From Mizuhopecten yessoensis (lineage: Eukaryota), in assembly GCF_002113885.1 (NCBI RefSeq), contig NW_018480074.1:1-64000 (forward strand): DNA of 64,000 nucleotides, read 5' to 3'. Position 1 is the first letter of the stretch. Every line of letters begins with the position of its first letter. A program made the position numbers and the translations under genes. The notes beneath the pieces were generated by a model that did no database searches, had not been told where the DNA came from, and was given only the letters and a program-made list of their open reading frames with translations. This document shows positions 25,371 to 37,561 of this stretch, piece by piece.

Positions 25371-26942
25371 TATGTAGTTTTATAACATTCGGGATTGACA
25401 TGGCTCTTTGAATAAATGTAAAATTGGCTTGCCTTTGACGTCACATGAAGTCCATAATCGTCATTGTTATCTCTTTTGCGTTGCAATACGTTTAAAACTC
25501 GTTCACTAGATTTCTGACCCAAAAATGCATATATGTTCAGAAAAAAGTTCTTTGAAAGGGATATTTCTTGAAAATTACCATCTGTTCATGCAATGAAGTA
25601 AAATAATGGGTCTTTGGAATTTATTATATTTTACCCGTATATATTTCCATTTAAAAACTTATTAACTGATGATGGAACATCGATTACTGTTGCATTGTTT
25701 TACTTTAGAACTGATATTTGAAAATTTAGAATTTGATAAACAGATCGCAAAATGGATAACAAAGTTTATGAAAATATGTAGATGACTTAGTGACGTTATT
25801 TTTTCTTTAAAAACAGGAACGATACTCCAATAATAATATCTACGGTCATGTGTGACCCCTTATACATGTAGTAACGGTCTGTAATGGTACTCGATTAGAA
25901 AATGAACATTTTAATGTACTTATCAGTTAGTTTTTGTTTGGCCGTATGTTTAAACTACTTTGGACCGTTGGTGATAAGATAGTTACACACAACAACGTTA
26001 ACACTCTAACAATCTTTCATGTTAATCGTACTAGTTTGTATAAACACATAATTTACCGTTATTGGTATGTTAACAAGCCCGGTACTGTTTAGCAACCCAA
26101 TGTAAGTGTGGAGGAAGCACACTGGCGCTCTGTTCGCTATTTACACACCAATTTACCAAATTAACACGTTGACACTTGACTGAGGAAAAGAAGTACATTA
26201 TGTGCTGGATAGGGTAAGGATAATTGTCTATAAACATAAGTACAAATCACGTTGTCGAGAGACTCTGATCTATAATTACTCGTGTTTCTGTATTTAAGTT
26301 ATTTTGGTAATGTTTACATCCATCCCTCCAGTGGTTTAGAGTGTTAAATTAAAGAGAAAGTGACAGGGTCATTTCTCTGCCTGCCTCTTTCGGTACTCCT
26401 GTAAGGATGCAATCTCGCTTTGGTCGTGTCCAGGTTCTTCTAATCCTTTATCTCTGGACTGGATCCTACCTGGCGTGTTACCTGTACGTCTGGGTCGCTT
26501 GTAGGCAGTGCTATCTGATGAGAGCGAATGTCGTCTGTTTGGGAGTTGAGAGTTTAGTTCCCCATTCTCCTTCAGTGAATGCATGTATTGGTACCTGTCA
26601 CGAATTAGAATACATTAAGTTCATAAGACTATTTTTCTCCTTTGCGACATGTACCTATAATGGTATGCTACTACCATTGCCTCTCTTACTTCTTCCATGC
26701 AGATGATTGTGAAATAGCAGATATTGCTTGGGGTATTACTTTAAAAATGTATCAGCGGTCCATATTGTTATGATAAAACAGTTAAAGTGTGGGATTATAT
26801 GGATATAGCAAGTTTTAACTGTATTTTAACCCCGATATTAAACGTCACGCGTCATGTAAACAGACCCAGTTATTTAAGCCCCTGGTGTCTATTGATCCGT
26901 CCCTTATCTATTAGAATATTACAAGCTGTTAGAGTTTACGCA

Positions 26943-29900
26943 ATGGTGTCACTTAAGTCACTAGTTATCTCCTTAGGCATTGCACAAATTGGTAAGTATG
27001 AAAAAATGGTTTGTTCATCTGGGTTTTTTTTATCTGCATAATGGGAGATGTTTTATTGACAGTATTGATTTGACTCAGACTGCAACACATTTTATTTTAT
27101 ATATATATATATGTATGAACTTCTTCTAGACATTCGTACAAACATAGGCACTTGGCTTGATACGATCCACAAGAGCTAAAATGAAACAAATGTAGCCATG
27201 TCCTTGTTTTCTTTACTTATTATATTTGACTCGTATTTATAATGACAAGTGCCTGTGGGACGGTATGTACACCATATATATATAGCGATGTCGACATTCC
27301 ACTGTCTTATCTACTATCCCAGACCTAAATTCGTCTCCAAAGATTGTGGCCCAACCTTGATATGTCCTACTATCAGTAGAGTTTGTAATTTAATCTATAT
27401 AAATAATCCTCACCGATAGTGTACAACCAGACGCTAATATGAGAACTTTTATTTTATGTTTGTTTATTATATGATATCACATATGGTGACACTATTATTA
27501 CAGCCAAAGAAATTTGAAGTAAACACGGCGTGTCATACCTTTATGATTGAAATTATTGTATCATCCATGCATGCACCTGTCGTACAACTAATCAAAGATA
27601 TAAACAGAAAGGTGGCTCAAGTGCTGAATATATCAATACCGTTCACTCGTATGATACGGTAATACCTTGTCCGAGTTATCACAAACGTGGATTTAAGTCC
27701 TATAGGTTATTAACCCAACCATAGCTAGCTACTGGGTAGATCTAGACCATGGAACGAATCAGCTGATAATTCTGTTGGAAATACTACTCGGGGATTGAAG
27801 ACCGAGGACATATCGTAACCATTTAATTCTGCCATCTTAACTGCTTCGATTTTCCTCCTGATCTCACAAACTCACTGTAATTTTTAGTCGCTAGGAATCT
27901 GTCTAAGAACTTTGGCATGGTATCTGGTGTACCTTCTAGACAGAAGGATACTACTAATTGACGATACGCTGAACACATGAAACAGCTTGGACTCTCGCTG
28001 ATTGTAATGAGAAGACTCAGTCGGTAACATTCCATGTTAGAGATGTCCTTTCGGTAGATCTAGCTGATAACTCGGCTAACCTCGGCTTATTCCGGTACCC
28101 TTCATCAATAGGTACGGAATCTGCCGAGATGTGACGAGTGGGTTTGATGTGCCCAACGTTGTAATTCTCAAACTGTACTGTCAGCTTCTCCCACTTCTGT
28201 TTTCATGCTGTTGTATAACATGACACCAGTCCATCTCATCCCAAGACGCCTCCAACCACTTACTGTATATACTCAGACGCTGTTGTCTTTTTACTCTATT
28301 CCCAGAAAGGTTTACTACACATGTAAAAACCTTTCTTTTCTTCTTAGTTTCTTCTAATACCGTCTTGACAATATCACAATGCCGCGCACTGGACCTTTTC
28401 CTTTGGTGCTTCTACTTTTTCTAACATTTATTTACCTGTGCTCCCGTGTGTATGGTCGTTTCAATAATGCTGCACACCTGTGCCTAATATCTACTGAATT
28501 TATGTGACAGCCCATTAAACGTTTGTTCGTCTTTATAGTGTCCTCTCCACTTGTCGCTCTCTCTACCCCACACAACCACCCCAGGCTACGGTCATGTCAG
28601 CACACCAAGGGCGACAATAGCAAACTCTTCAAGATAGAGTTGTCTAAACCAATTGCAGCAATAACTGTTTTGTCGGAATCCAAGTGATCAGCCTTTGGAT
28701 ATGGTAGGCATCACAAGTGTAAACTTCTTCTAGCAAAGATTAAACTCATAGGGGTCGAACATTTTCATCAAAGTTTGAATCTTACTTTTAAGAACCGTAT
28801 TTAAATGCATATGCTTTGGCCTGCGCACAACATCATATGACATATAGTTTGTATTTTTTATTTTTTTCATTCTCAGCTTTGGCCGTATGCCCAGACGGCT
28901 GGATCTGACGAGGCCAGTCTTGCTATTTTATTTCGGAAGATCGACACCGAAATGGGGACTCTGGGGTAAGAACCTGTTTTTTGTATGTTATTCAAGTTCG
29001 TTTAAGGTAAAGGATACCGCGGTAAAAGTTACAACTGCGAAGAAGAGTTCCAATTCAGAGCCCGATCCCTTTTTTCTTGAGGGCATTTCCATTTCTCTAT
29101 AGAAGATGAAAAAACATAGAGTTTTTTTCTGTGTTTACGTCACTTGTATTATCCGGGAAGTCATGTTTCGAACTGATGCTGTGCATTTGCTATTCCTGGA
29201 TATGAACATCGGTAAAAGATTAGAAACGGGAGTAGATAGGTCACGAGTTTGCCTCCATGTTCATTTTGTGGTTTGTTTAATGTCTTGCTGTTTTCAAACA
29301 ACATCTTAACATAGAATCCTCAGACAGCTGATTAGTCATGTGAAATAGTTCCTTGAACTCATATATGTGTAAAATGGTTCTACCTGCCTACTTCCAGTAC
29401 TGTGTAACAAATATGGGAAATGGGATGTTTATTACAAATTATGTCGTCTGAGAACTTCCAAATGTCCGTTACTGGCTTTCCTTTTTTATGTTCTTTACAA
29501 GACAATGCAAAATCTTCATTCTGTTTCACCAGTGTATTTGTTTCTCTTGGAGTTGTTCTCCTTTTTTTGTATTGAACACACTTTGATGTTTCGAATAGTT
29601 TGGACTAGTTTCTGATATGCTGTCAATAGATACATTGCGCGGCCTTTGACAGTCAGACGGAGGACTTATTCGGAAAGTTGCTGTACGAGAAGAAGATAAC
29701 ATCATTTGAACATCTTAGTCAATAAACATTTCACAGGTCATTGAACATCAACGGACGGAATGACATAACAATTTTCTGACACCAACGAAGCGCAATTAGC
29801 AAAACGTAATGAATTACTTTATACCGAGAATTTTTCGCCTCTGTTTAACTACCGCCCTTTTTACTCTTGGTAACGAGGGCGAATTTATCGTTAGAGCAAA

Positions 29901-31430
29901 TATTAGTAAACAACTTGATAAATAGCAAGCAAATGTGAAGGGAGAAATTAACACCTTGCAAATACTGATTTCAACAGCTTATGGCGAAAGTTTGATTGGG
30001 CGAAAGTTTCACTGGACATAAGTTTGACTGGGCGAAAGTTTCACTGGACATAAGTTTGACTGGGCGAAAGTTTCACTGGACATAAGTTTGACTGGGCGAA
30101 AGTTTCACTGGACATAAGTTTGACTGGGCGAAAGTTTCACTGGACATAAGTTTGACTGGGCGAAAGTTTCACTGGACATAAGTTTGACTGGGCGAAAGTT
30201 TCACTGGACATAAGTTTGACTGGGCGAAAGTTTCACTGGACATAAGTTTGACTGGGCGAAAGTTTCACAGGTTAGCATTTGCATGTTAAAATATAGGTCT
30301 GCATAGTCACATTTACTGATTAGTTATTCGGATTATGCACAAAGACGACCATCTGCAGATAAGGGTGAATTAATCAAGTACACTGTACATGTATACATAT
30401 GATATTACACATACAAACTGGTATGTTTTAAACTCACATTTGTTTGTTTCAGATGAAGTGCAGGTCAGAAAATGCGACTCTAGCCCAAGTGGATGATACT
30501 TACGAATTAGAATTCCTCAGAGCATTGGTCAAGCGATTTCCAACAGGTATAATGATGCATAGTATACTTTATGGGCGATATGGATGGACCACATTATTCA
30601 ATACATTTAAATCCATGCAGCTTGTTATAATGTATCGTTTATCGCAGGCAACTCGCATACAAAGTGTATCTTGTAAATGGTTTACTCCCAAACAACTAAA
30701 TACAAAAAGGTATGAAGTATAGTCGCCACATCAAAGATTTATTATAAAGTCAATATGATGTATATGTCTGCAAAATGAACTTATAAGTTACATCCACGGA
30801 GAATATTTTATAAATTCCTTGCAATTACTTACAGATCCAACAAGCAAACATTTCTACTGGATTGACGGTGTGCGAGGTAATAGTAACCATTGGTTACGAA
30901 ATAGTGACCATGCCTCTCTTGCCTTTTTCGCCTGGGGTTCCGGGGAGCCTAACAACAGATTTGGAGGGAACGTTTGCTTGGCGTTATATAACCATGTAGA
31001 CTTTTACTTCGCGGACACTTCCTGTTACGAAAACGGCCAGTTCATCTGTGAGTTGAGGTAGGTAAGTCTAAGGTTGTGTTTGTACAGTCATAAAATGATA
31101 AACAGGTCTACGATTTGATACGCGTGTTCAGTTAACTGAAATCGATGCACTAGATATTGTGCTACATCCATGTAACAATAAAAAAAATGCTGGTTGGCCT
31201 TGGATATTTGCGACATTAGCTGATATTTTGAGAAACATGCCCCGTTGGATTTGATCTTTCGTTAGCAATTTTCGGGGCAATTGATCTCACAAATTGAAAC
31301 CTCAAAATTATATCAAGGTAATCTGATGTAAATGCGTTGATTGTTTTCCAGTGATCCTGTCAATCCATGCATACAGACAACACCGCCTCCTACTAACTCC
31401 ACAACTGGGGCGTGGGTACAATTAGGCTAA
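26943..31430 (+). pseudogene. Secreted perlucin-like C-type lectin (EPN) with in-frame TGA in exon 2; pseudogene or null allele
   Basis: Exons 26943-26991, 28877-28965, 30453-30546, 30835-31057 and 31352-31430 give MVSLKSLVISLGIAQIALAVCPDGWI*RGQSCYFIS...MKCRSENATLAQVDD...YWIDG...WGSGEPNN...CLAL...FADTSC...FICELSDPVNPC...QLG*. TGA at 28906-28908. Confidence 0.85.
29983..30268. repeat. 32-bp minisatellite (dimer of related 16-mers), ~9 copies, in lectin intron 2
   Basis: aagtttgactgggcga + aagtttcactggacat repeated. Confidence 0.95.
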
Positions 31431-31446
31431 CTAAAAGGTGACGTAA

Positions 31447-31992
31447 AGGGCCTGTCACACCTAGCCGATTTGGGTCGCCGGAGCTTTACCGGAGCACAGA
31501 TTTGGTGATTTTCGGGGATCGGTACTAGTACGGCAGAGCAATGGTATCACATCGCTAAGAACGATAGGACATCGTCGGGACATCGTCAGAATATCGGCGA
31601 AAATTTTAGCAACGGGCGGCGACGTTGAACATGCTCAAAAATGTCCGCCGTTGCGCTGCCGGAGCGAGCAACGGGACTACAACGGCAGTACTCCAGTATG
31701 ACTTAGTTGATGGGTAGCGCCCCGTAATGGATCAGCGGCTCTCCGTTGGCCTCAATGTGTACCGTACTGGTACCGATGTGATACCAAAGTACTACCGAAT
31801 ACCACCGAAGTAGCATTGATGCGCCTCCGATGTACTAACAACAGAAAAGTAGTATTTGGTAGCACATCGGTCAATTTTGATTTTATTTTTGAAGTACTTT
31901 CTCTCCGGAGCTCTGCCGATTTTCTCGCTGTAGTCAATTTTCTGCTCCGGTTTAGTCCCGGCGAGGTACATCGGTAGTGTGTGACAGGCCCT
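31447..31992. mobile_element. PIF/Harbinger-like MITE inserted 16 bp after the lectin stop codon
   Basis: TIR agggcctgtcacac / gtgtgacaggccct, TAA on both sides, GC-rich interior. Confidence 0.85.
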
Positions 31993-32479
31993 TAATGGAT
32001 CGGTGGATGGCCGGTCGGTGTCACATGCTTGTATAAGCCTTAGTTTGTACTGGTATATGGAATTAAAATATACACCAATAGCATCACGTGTCTTAGTTGT
32101 ATTATTTTTTTAGCAGAAACCTATGCAACATACACCCAAATATGTTGAAAAATAACCCACCAGCTAAACGGGGAGATTTTACAGATCAGAGAAATTTATT
32201 ACCGCGGAGAGTATATGAACAAGTAAGTCGAACTTGCTTGCTAAGCAAAATTACAAAAAGGATAGAAATCTTACGATCAGGCTTTGATTTATACTGAATT
32301 TCCAACGTGATGCAAGGTATCCATTAAAAAACCCACCACAAACAAAATTTTGACAGCAATATCACCACAGCAGTCAAAAAGCCAGCCAAATAATTGAAAT
32401 TTGGTTTCAGACATTCAGAAGAACGTTCACATACGCCTACCAAGGAAACTAGGGAAAGCATCATTCTGCACCAGTGCAT

Positions 32480-33760
32480 GCATAAAGTTCGAAATTGTAA
32501 TTCTATTCATTAGAATGTATACAGGTTAGAACATTACATATGATCTGATGATGTGTTTGCCTGCGTCTGCTGAAAATATCTGCAGAGTTGGCACTTGCAA
32601 TATCTTGCAATGAAATGTTCCAAATTGTTATGCTGATGAAGAAGGTTCGCTGCAGGGATCGGAGCGAAGTGTAGAGCTTTAAGAAAGAAGAATAGTGGTG
32701 GCTGGCTTCAAGTAAAGTTCTGTCTTGTTTTAATGAATACGATGTACATAGTCTGGTTGGATAACTTGATTTAAAGTACATTCCTTCCTGGATGAATTGT
32801 CTATGTTGGTGTGGAGTACGATCTTGCTCTTTAGAGTTTTGTATCCGGGCTGATGAAAGGCGCACACTGCTGGTATATTTTAATAGTTGTTCATTACCAA
32901 TCAGGCCCTCTTAGTTGCATCTTTTTAAACAGAGTGTAATTAAACTTGGTAACGGGATCTCAGACAGCGTCTACATACTCCAAAGTTAGTCTTTCACATG
33001 TCTCGAAGACTGGTCATATTGCTGGTAGCGAGCATTGGCTCACGAACTTGTCTTTTTCTTTATCAACTTGGTGTGTGTTGTTACCCTGACGATATATAAA
33101 TAACTTCAATGACGTACCAGGAAACATACCCTCAACAGATGCACATCAAGCATAACTATGATCGGGAAACGCTGTATACCCGTTGACATAGGACTGGTTT
33201 CTTGGTAATAAAAGAACTGATCCGATGACGAATGGGTTCTCATTTAGGCTTGTCACAAGAAATACAATTTGTTTTGTTTTTACCTCTTTGATGTTATTTA
33301 AAAGTCAGAGTATCATGGGCTATGCCTCACCAGATATAACATAAGATGGGGATAAAGTTTTTCTTTTAGGACTGCAGCTCGGGTTCTGTGGGATAAAACA
33401 ACATTTATCCGTCGGAATTTTTCATCTCTTATTCCATATTGATGCTGCGAGTGAACAAAACGTATATCGGATCGCCAGCATCGTTTTCATGGGCGAGGGA
33501 CTAGCGTTCAAGTTTTAGGGCGTGATCCAAGTGTTGAGGGTTCGTAGGCAAGAGATTGTATTTTGTCGAAGAAGATTCAAAACATCGATATTTTCGAAAA
33601 TTACGTTGATTTCGTCGGGAAATATTTCATGCCTTGTGTGAAATGAAGGTCGATGCTTTTGAATGTGCTCCTTAGTGTGTCATACGGTTTTGTTGTCATT
33701 ACCCAGATTCTCATTGGCTTGGATATGATTTACATGATGACAAGTATCGCGGATGAAGCA
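32480..33760 (-). mobile_element. Highly decayed non-LTR retrotransposon (CR1/L2-group) RT and C-terminal remnant
   Basis: Minus-strand remnants in the expected order: SKASTFISHK (cf. SKAFD.V.H), RLTLEYVDAV*DP (cf. RP.LEY...VWDP), FFISITIWNISLQDIASANSADIF (cf. SFF..TI..WN.LP..V..A.S...F). Confidence 0.55.
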
Positions 33761-33788
33761 GAAAACGCTTCGTTTTCCTAAATACCTG

Positions 33789-34052
33789 GGCCCGTATTCA
33801 TGAAACCGTTCTCATGCTCAAGAATGGATTATGTGCTCAAACCAACTTTCTTGAAACAAACTTAAATCATGTCAAACGATCAAAAAATTAAATGTTAACA
33901 TTGAAAACAGTATTTGGCTTTAAGTCATTTAAATTATTTTCCAAATCATTGACAAAAAAAGATTTTGTTATTAATTTATAGCCGGAACAAGAAATTAGAC
34001 TTGAGTACAAAAAACATGCTTGAGCATGAGAACGGTTTCATGAATACGGACC
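33789..34052. mobile_element. MITE family B (Harbinger-like, CWG-type flanks)
   Basis: TIR ggcccgtattcatgaaaccgttctcatgctcaag / cttgagcatgagaacggtttcatgaatacggacc; second copy at 45040-45296. Confidence 0.85.
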
Positions 34053-36760
34053 CGGGTCTTACGTTCATGGTGATGTTTCAAGGATCTTCATGTAAATCCT
34101 GACTTCGTTCATAGTTCGCTCTAGTTTTACTGGTTAACCGACATTAGCTTAAAGTGACTAAGAGTTGTAATTTATACAACATTGATGGTTTTCTTTTCTT
34201 GATCTGTTAAATCTTCGTAACAGCTAAAGCCATATGAAAACGGAAGCCCAAATCATACCACCGAAAAGTCAGAGTAGGTAGGAGAAAAAAGGAAGACTAG
34301 AGATCTTCTTGCAATACTATGCAAAGTATTGCAATGGGGATAGGGGGGATTTTGTTTCTGTCGATGTCCCCTTAGAGACGCAGAATAATTTCTACTCGTT
34401 GGTTTGTTTCTCACTCTTGTGGCTTTTCTGACTGACTAGGTTATCCAGGGCACGTTGATTCAAATTCATGTTTGATGTCTTCAAAGTTCCAACATTTCCG
34501 GTTAGATTGTCCTTAATTTTTTTGTACATGGTGTTTGGAGTTTTCTTTTCAAGATATACACTTATAACACATTATTCTGTGACTATGATTTAAGTTAACC
34601 TTCATATAATGTTAAAAATAACACAATGTTATAATTCAGAACTATTGCAGGAGATGGCTGAGTGGAATTTTACCAGAAACTTTTCTTGTGTCTTGGCATG
34701 GTTTCCATATTTTGCACTTTTATCGATTTATTTCACCGTACTTATTAATAAGCCTTCCAACCAAAGTTCGTGTGCTGACCGACGTCTTCAGAAGAAATGG
34801 CAAACGGATGATAACCTATATATTTGGATTGTGTCCTTGACATCGAAGTGTTGAGATACGGTGTGAACAATATCACAGAACTTCGTCTCGGTAAACTGAA
34901 AGATAAGGAAATACATGATAATTACCAAGTTTGTGCAACATCTATGGCGGTATAGCGATAATTGAATGCACATTGTCTTACGGTTTTACATGTGTGTACT
35001 TTCAAGAAATCTCTCAAATATAGACAGAGGACTAAGACCAGGTTACACTATCACGATCCTTGAATAACAAGCGTCTACAACGCTCAAAACCTTAAAATGT
35101 CCTGTCAAATATAAGCAGCCATATGGGTGTTGTATCAATGCATCGTGAACATTATTGTTTTACAATGAATTAACTGTTTTAATAATTGTCCATATTTTGG
35201 CACAGGTAGTTTTATAGTATGTACAAAAGCGTATTGGAAAACGTGACCTTATCTCACTTTAGCATATTAAAAGCAAATTTATCGAAATAATATAATATAC
35301 AAAAGATACATATTGGCGTATCATAAACTACCACAAACTAAATGAGAGATAGGTGAGTTGGTTCAGTCTGGCGTCTGATAGTCAGAAAAAAACACACCAT
35401 TAGATAGTTCGAAAGTAAATTTCTGAAAGCCCTATATAGTCCGAATATTTAGTTAACCGAAAACGTGATCTCACTTCAGCATATAAAAGGCAAATTTATC
35501 GAAACTAGCACGATTAAAGAAACGTCTTCACTGTAGCCATAAACACGAATGAGAAAAGTACTATGAGAATTTACATCTGGGCGCAATTCGTCACGAGCAC
35601 GTCAAAATTGAGAGCGGCACCAATGGTGCTTTTCCTAAATTTCATATAAGGTCAAATAAGCGTATGACATAAGTCTAAAGGGAGGAAGTATCCTAGATAA
35701 GACATCGGGAGTATGTTCTGAACCGAAATCATTCAGGAACTTGAAGAAAACGTCATGCTGACCCTGACTTATAGAAGTCCCAGTGCACAGTGCTCCTGAC
35801 AGAAAAAGTTTCCAGTGGGTTTTTCAACAGGCCACCTTAGAGCGACTGACAGGGAGGCAGTCTGAATAAAAAAGGCATTCTCTGTACAGATTTCATCTGT
35901 CTTCCTCTGTGTTCGATGCTAAAGTGTCTTCTTTCACCTTCTATTTTATTGACTGTCAGTTCCATTAGCTGTGTTTCTATGGTTTGAGAATGCTATCTGC
36001 TTCCAGGTTAAGTTGCTATGTTTAGCATTTACATATTGTCAGCATAAATAGCAAGCGCCTGTGGTGAGGAATTCAAAGCGTTCACGTGCAATTATTTGAA
36101 TAATAACTGCTTTTGGTTAGGCCGAATAATTGAATGAAACATCAAACCATTAAATCTGGCTTTTTCATAATAAGGTTGTTCGTGTGTTATTCCCTTAAAC
36201 CACAGAGTATCTTAACATAATTATGTGCTATTGGAAACTATTCAAGCCTTTATGAAGTCCAACAAACGATTCCTTACTGAATACTTTATTTAGACCCCAC
36301 ATTTCGGAAGCTCCACCTACCACTTCAAGTTCTCGCAGGGCTCAACGATGATAACGATATTTCATGTACAGTGTCTTCGTGTTGAGATATGATATTATAC
36401 AAGACCAAACATTTATAACATCGTTTCCATTTCGGCGACTCGTGTTGCTGTGAAGCATGTTTTGTGGCTTGGTTTAGACCGCTGTAAGACATTTAGGTTA
36501 TTCTCTATGAAATAGTTTTTAGAATTTGGTAGCATGTGCAAGAAAATCTCTTGATAAATGATGTTAAAAAATAGCTCTTGCCAAACTATGAAACTACTGT
36601 ATTCGGTCACACCTTATATAACGATAATTTGAATACTAACCGGCGTGCGCCAGGTATCATCCACGTGTACGTAGATATTCACGTACATCTTTCGTAATGA
36701 ACAAACACAAATTGTCAATAGTTTTTGAGTCTGTATTCACCAAGTTGTGATAATTAATAA

Positions 36761-37561
36761 CTAAAAACAATTTGACGTCTTCGGAGAACAAAACTTGTTG
36801 ACTGGTAGACCGAGGGATGTCAATTGACCTTTGACCTCCGTCAGAATTTCGCTACTCAGCTGCGGTATCCGAGAGAAGACGACAGCCCCTTCGTAGTACC
36901 AGTCGGTTGCCACATGGCCGCAGTAGTAGCCAATCATATAGCTCAATTTAGGGTCCTGGTACAGGATTCTCCAGTCAGTAGTGGTCTCGTGTCCCATCTG
37001 CATGCTTTTGTACTCCAGTAGTCCTTGAAACGATGCGTTGTTTTGCACGGCAGTCTCGTTAACTAATTTGTGCTTCAGCTTGCCGTCAATTGTGTGAACT
37101 TCAAAACGCTCGTTCACAGATATAGTGTTGGAAGTGTTCGAAAGGCTAAAGGTTGTAACTTGGCAGTCAAAACAGTCAAAATTAGGGTTCAGTCCCATAA
37201 CGATGTACCATGAACCTTTCAGTTGTTGTCGGGACAAAGTTTTTAAAGGCAGATGTGGGGGAGTGCATCGGAAGTCGGGATCTGGCGAAACCATAGTAAT
37301 GCATTTATATTCCGTAAAAGCACACTTCATGAAGGTGTCGAACACGTCATCCTCGTACGAGTACAAACAGTCAAACATACATGTCTGGTTTTTCGTTCCA
37401 CAGCCCGTGATGCACGCGAGCGCCGACCGACAGTCTGGATCTAACATGCAGTTTTTAGACTCATCCGCGCAATGCACCATCATGCAGATTATGTTTTGAC
37501 CATTTCCGCCTTTTGGACAAAACAGGAAAAATAGTGATATGAATAGAAATACAGATAACAT
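36761..37561 (-). CDS. Violaxanthin de-epoxidase-like protein (VDE/VDL family: Cys-rich domain + lipocalin), 266 aa, intronless CDS, signal peptide
   Basis: Ten Cys spaced Cx4Cx6Cx5Cx5Cx3Cx6Cx3Cx14Cx6C, as in the VDE N-domain. LKGSWYIVMGLNPNFDCFDCQ (VDE G.W.I..GLNPTFDAFDCQ), DWRIL (DDWYIL), YYCG...W..YEGAVVFSR (YYRG...W.GYGGAVVYTR) and a terminal Cys. TATA-like element at ~37685; AATAAA at 36290-36285. Confidence 0.9.
   Translation of the reverse strand: MLSVFLFISLFFLFCPKGGNGQNIICMMVHCADESKNCMLDPDCRSALACITGCGTKNQTCMFDCLYSYEDDVFDTFMKCAFTEYKCITMVSPDPDFRCTPPHLPLKTLSRQQLKGSWYIVMGLNPNFDCFDCQVTTFSLSNTSNTISVNERFEVHTIDGKLKHKLVNETAVQNNASFQGLLEYKSMQMGHETTTDWRILYQDPKLSYMIGYYCGHVATDWYYEGAVVFSRIPQLSSEILTEVKGQLTSLGLPVNKFCSPKTSNCF

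Noticed and set aside
26369-26706. Overlapping 71-aa and 99-aa ORFs upstream of the lectin
   Set aside because: No recognisable domain or splice support; possibly a decayed retroelement fragment.
36824-37499. Plus-strand ORFs overlapping the VDE-like gene
   Set aside because: Antisense shadows of the real minus-strand CDS.
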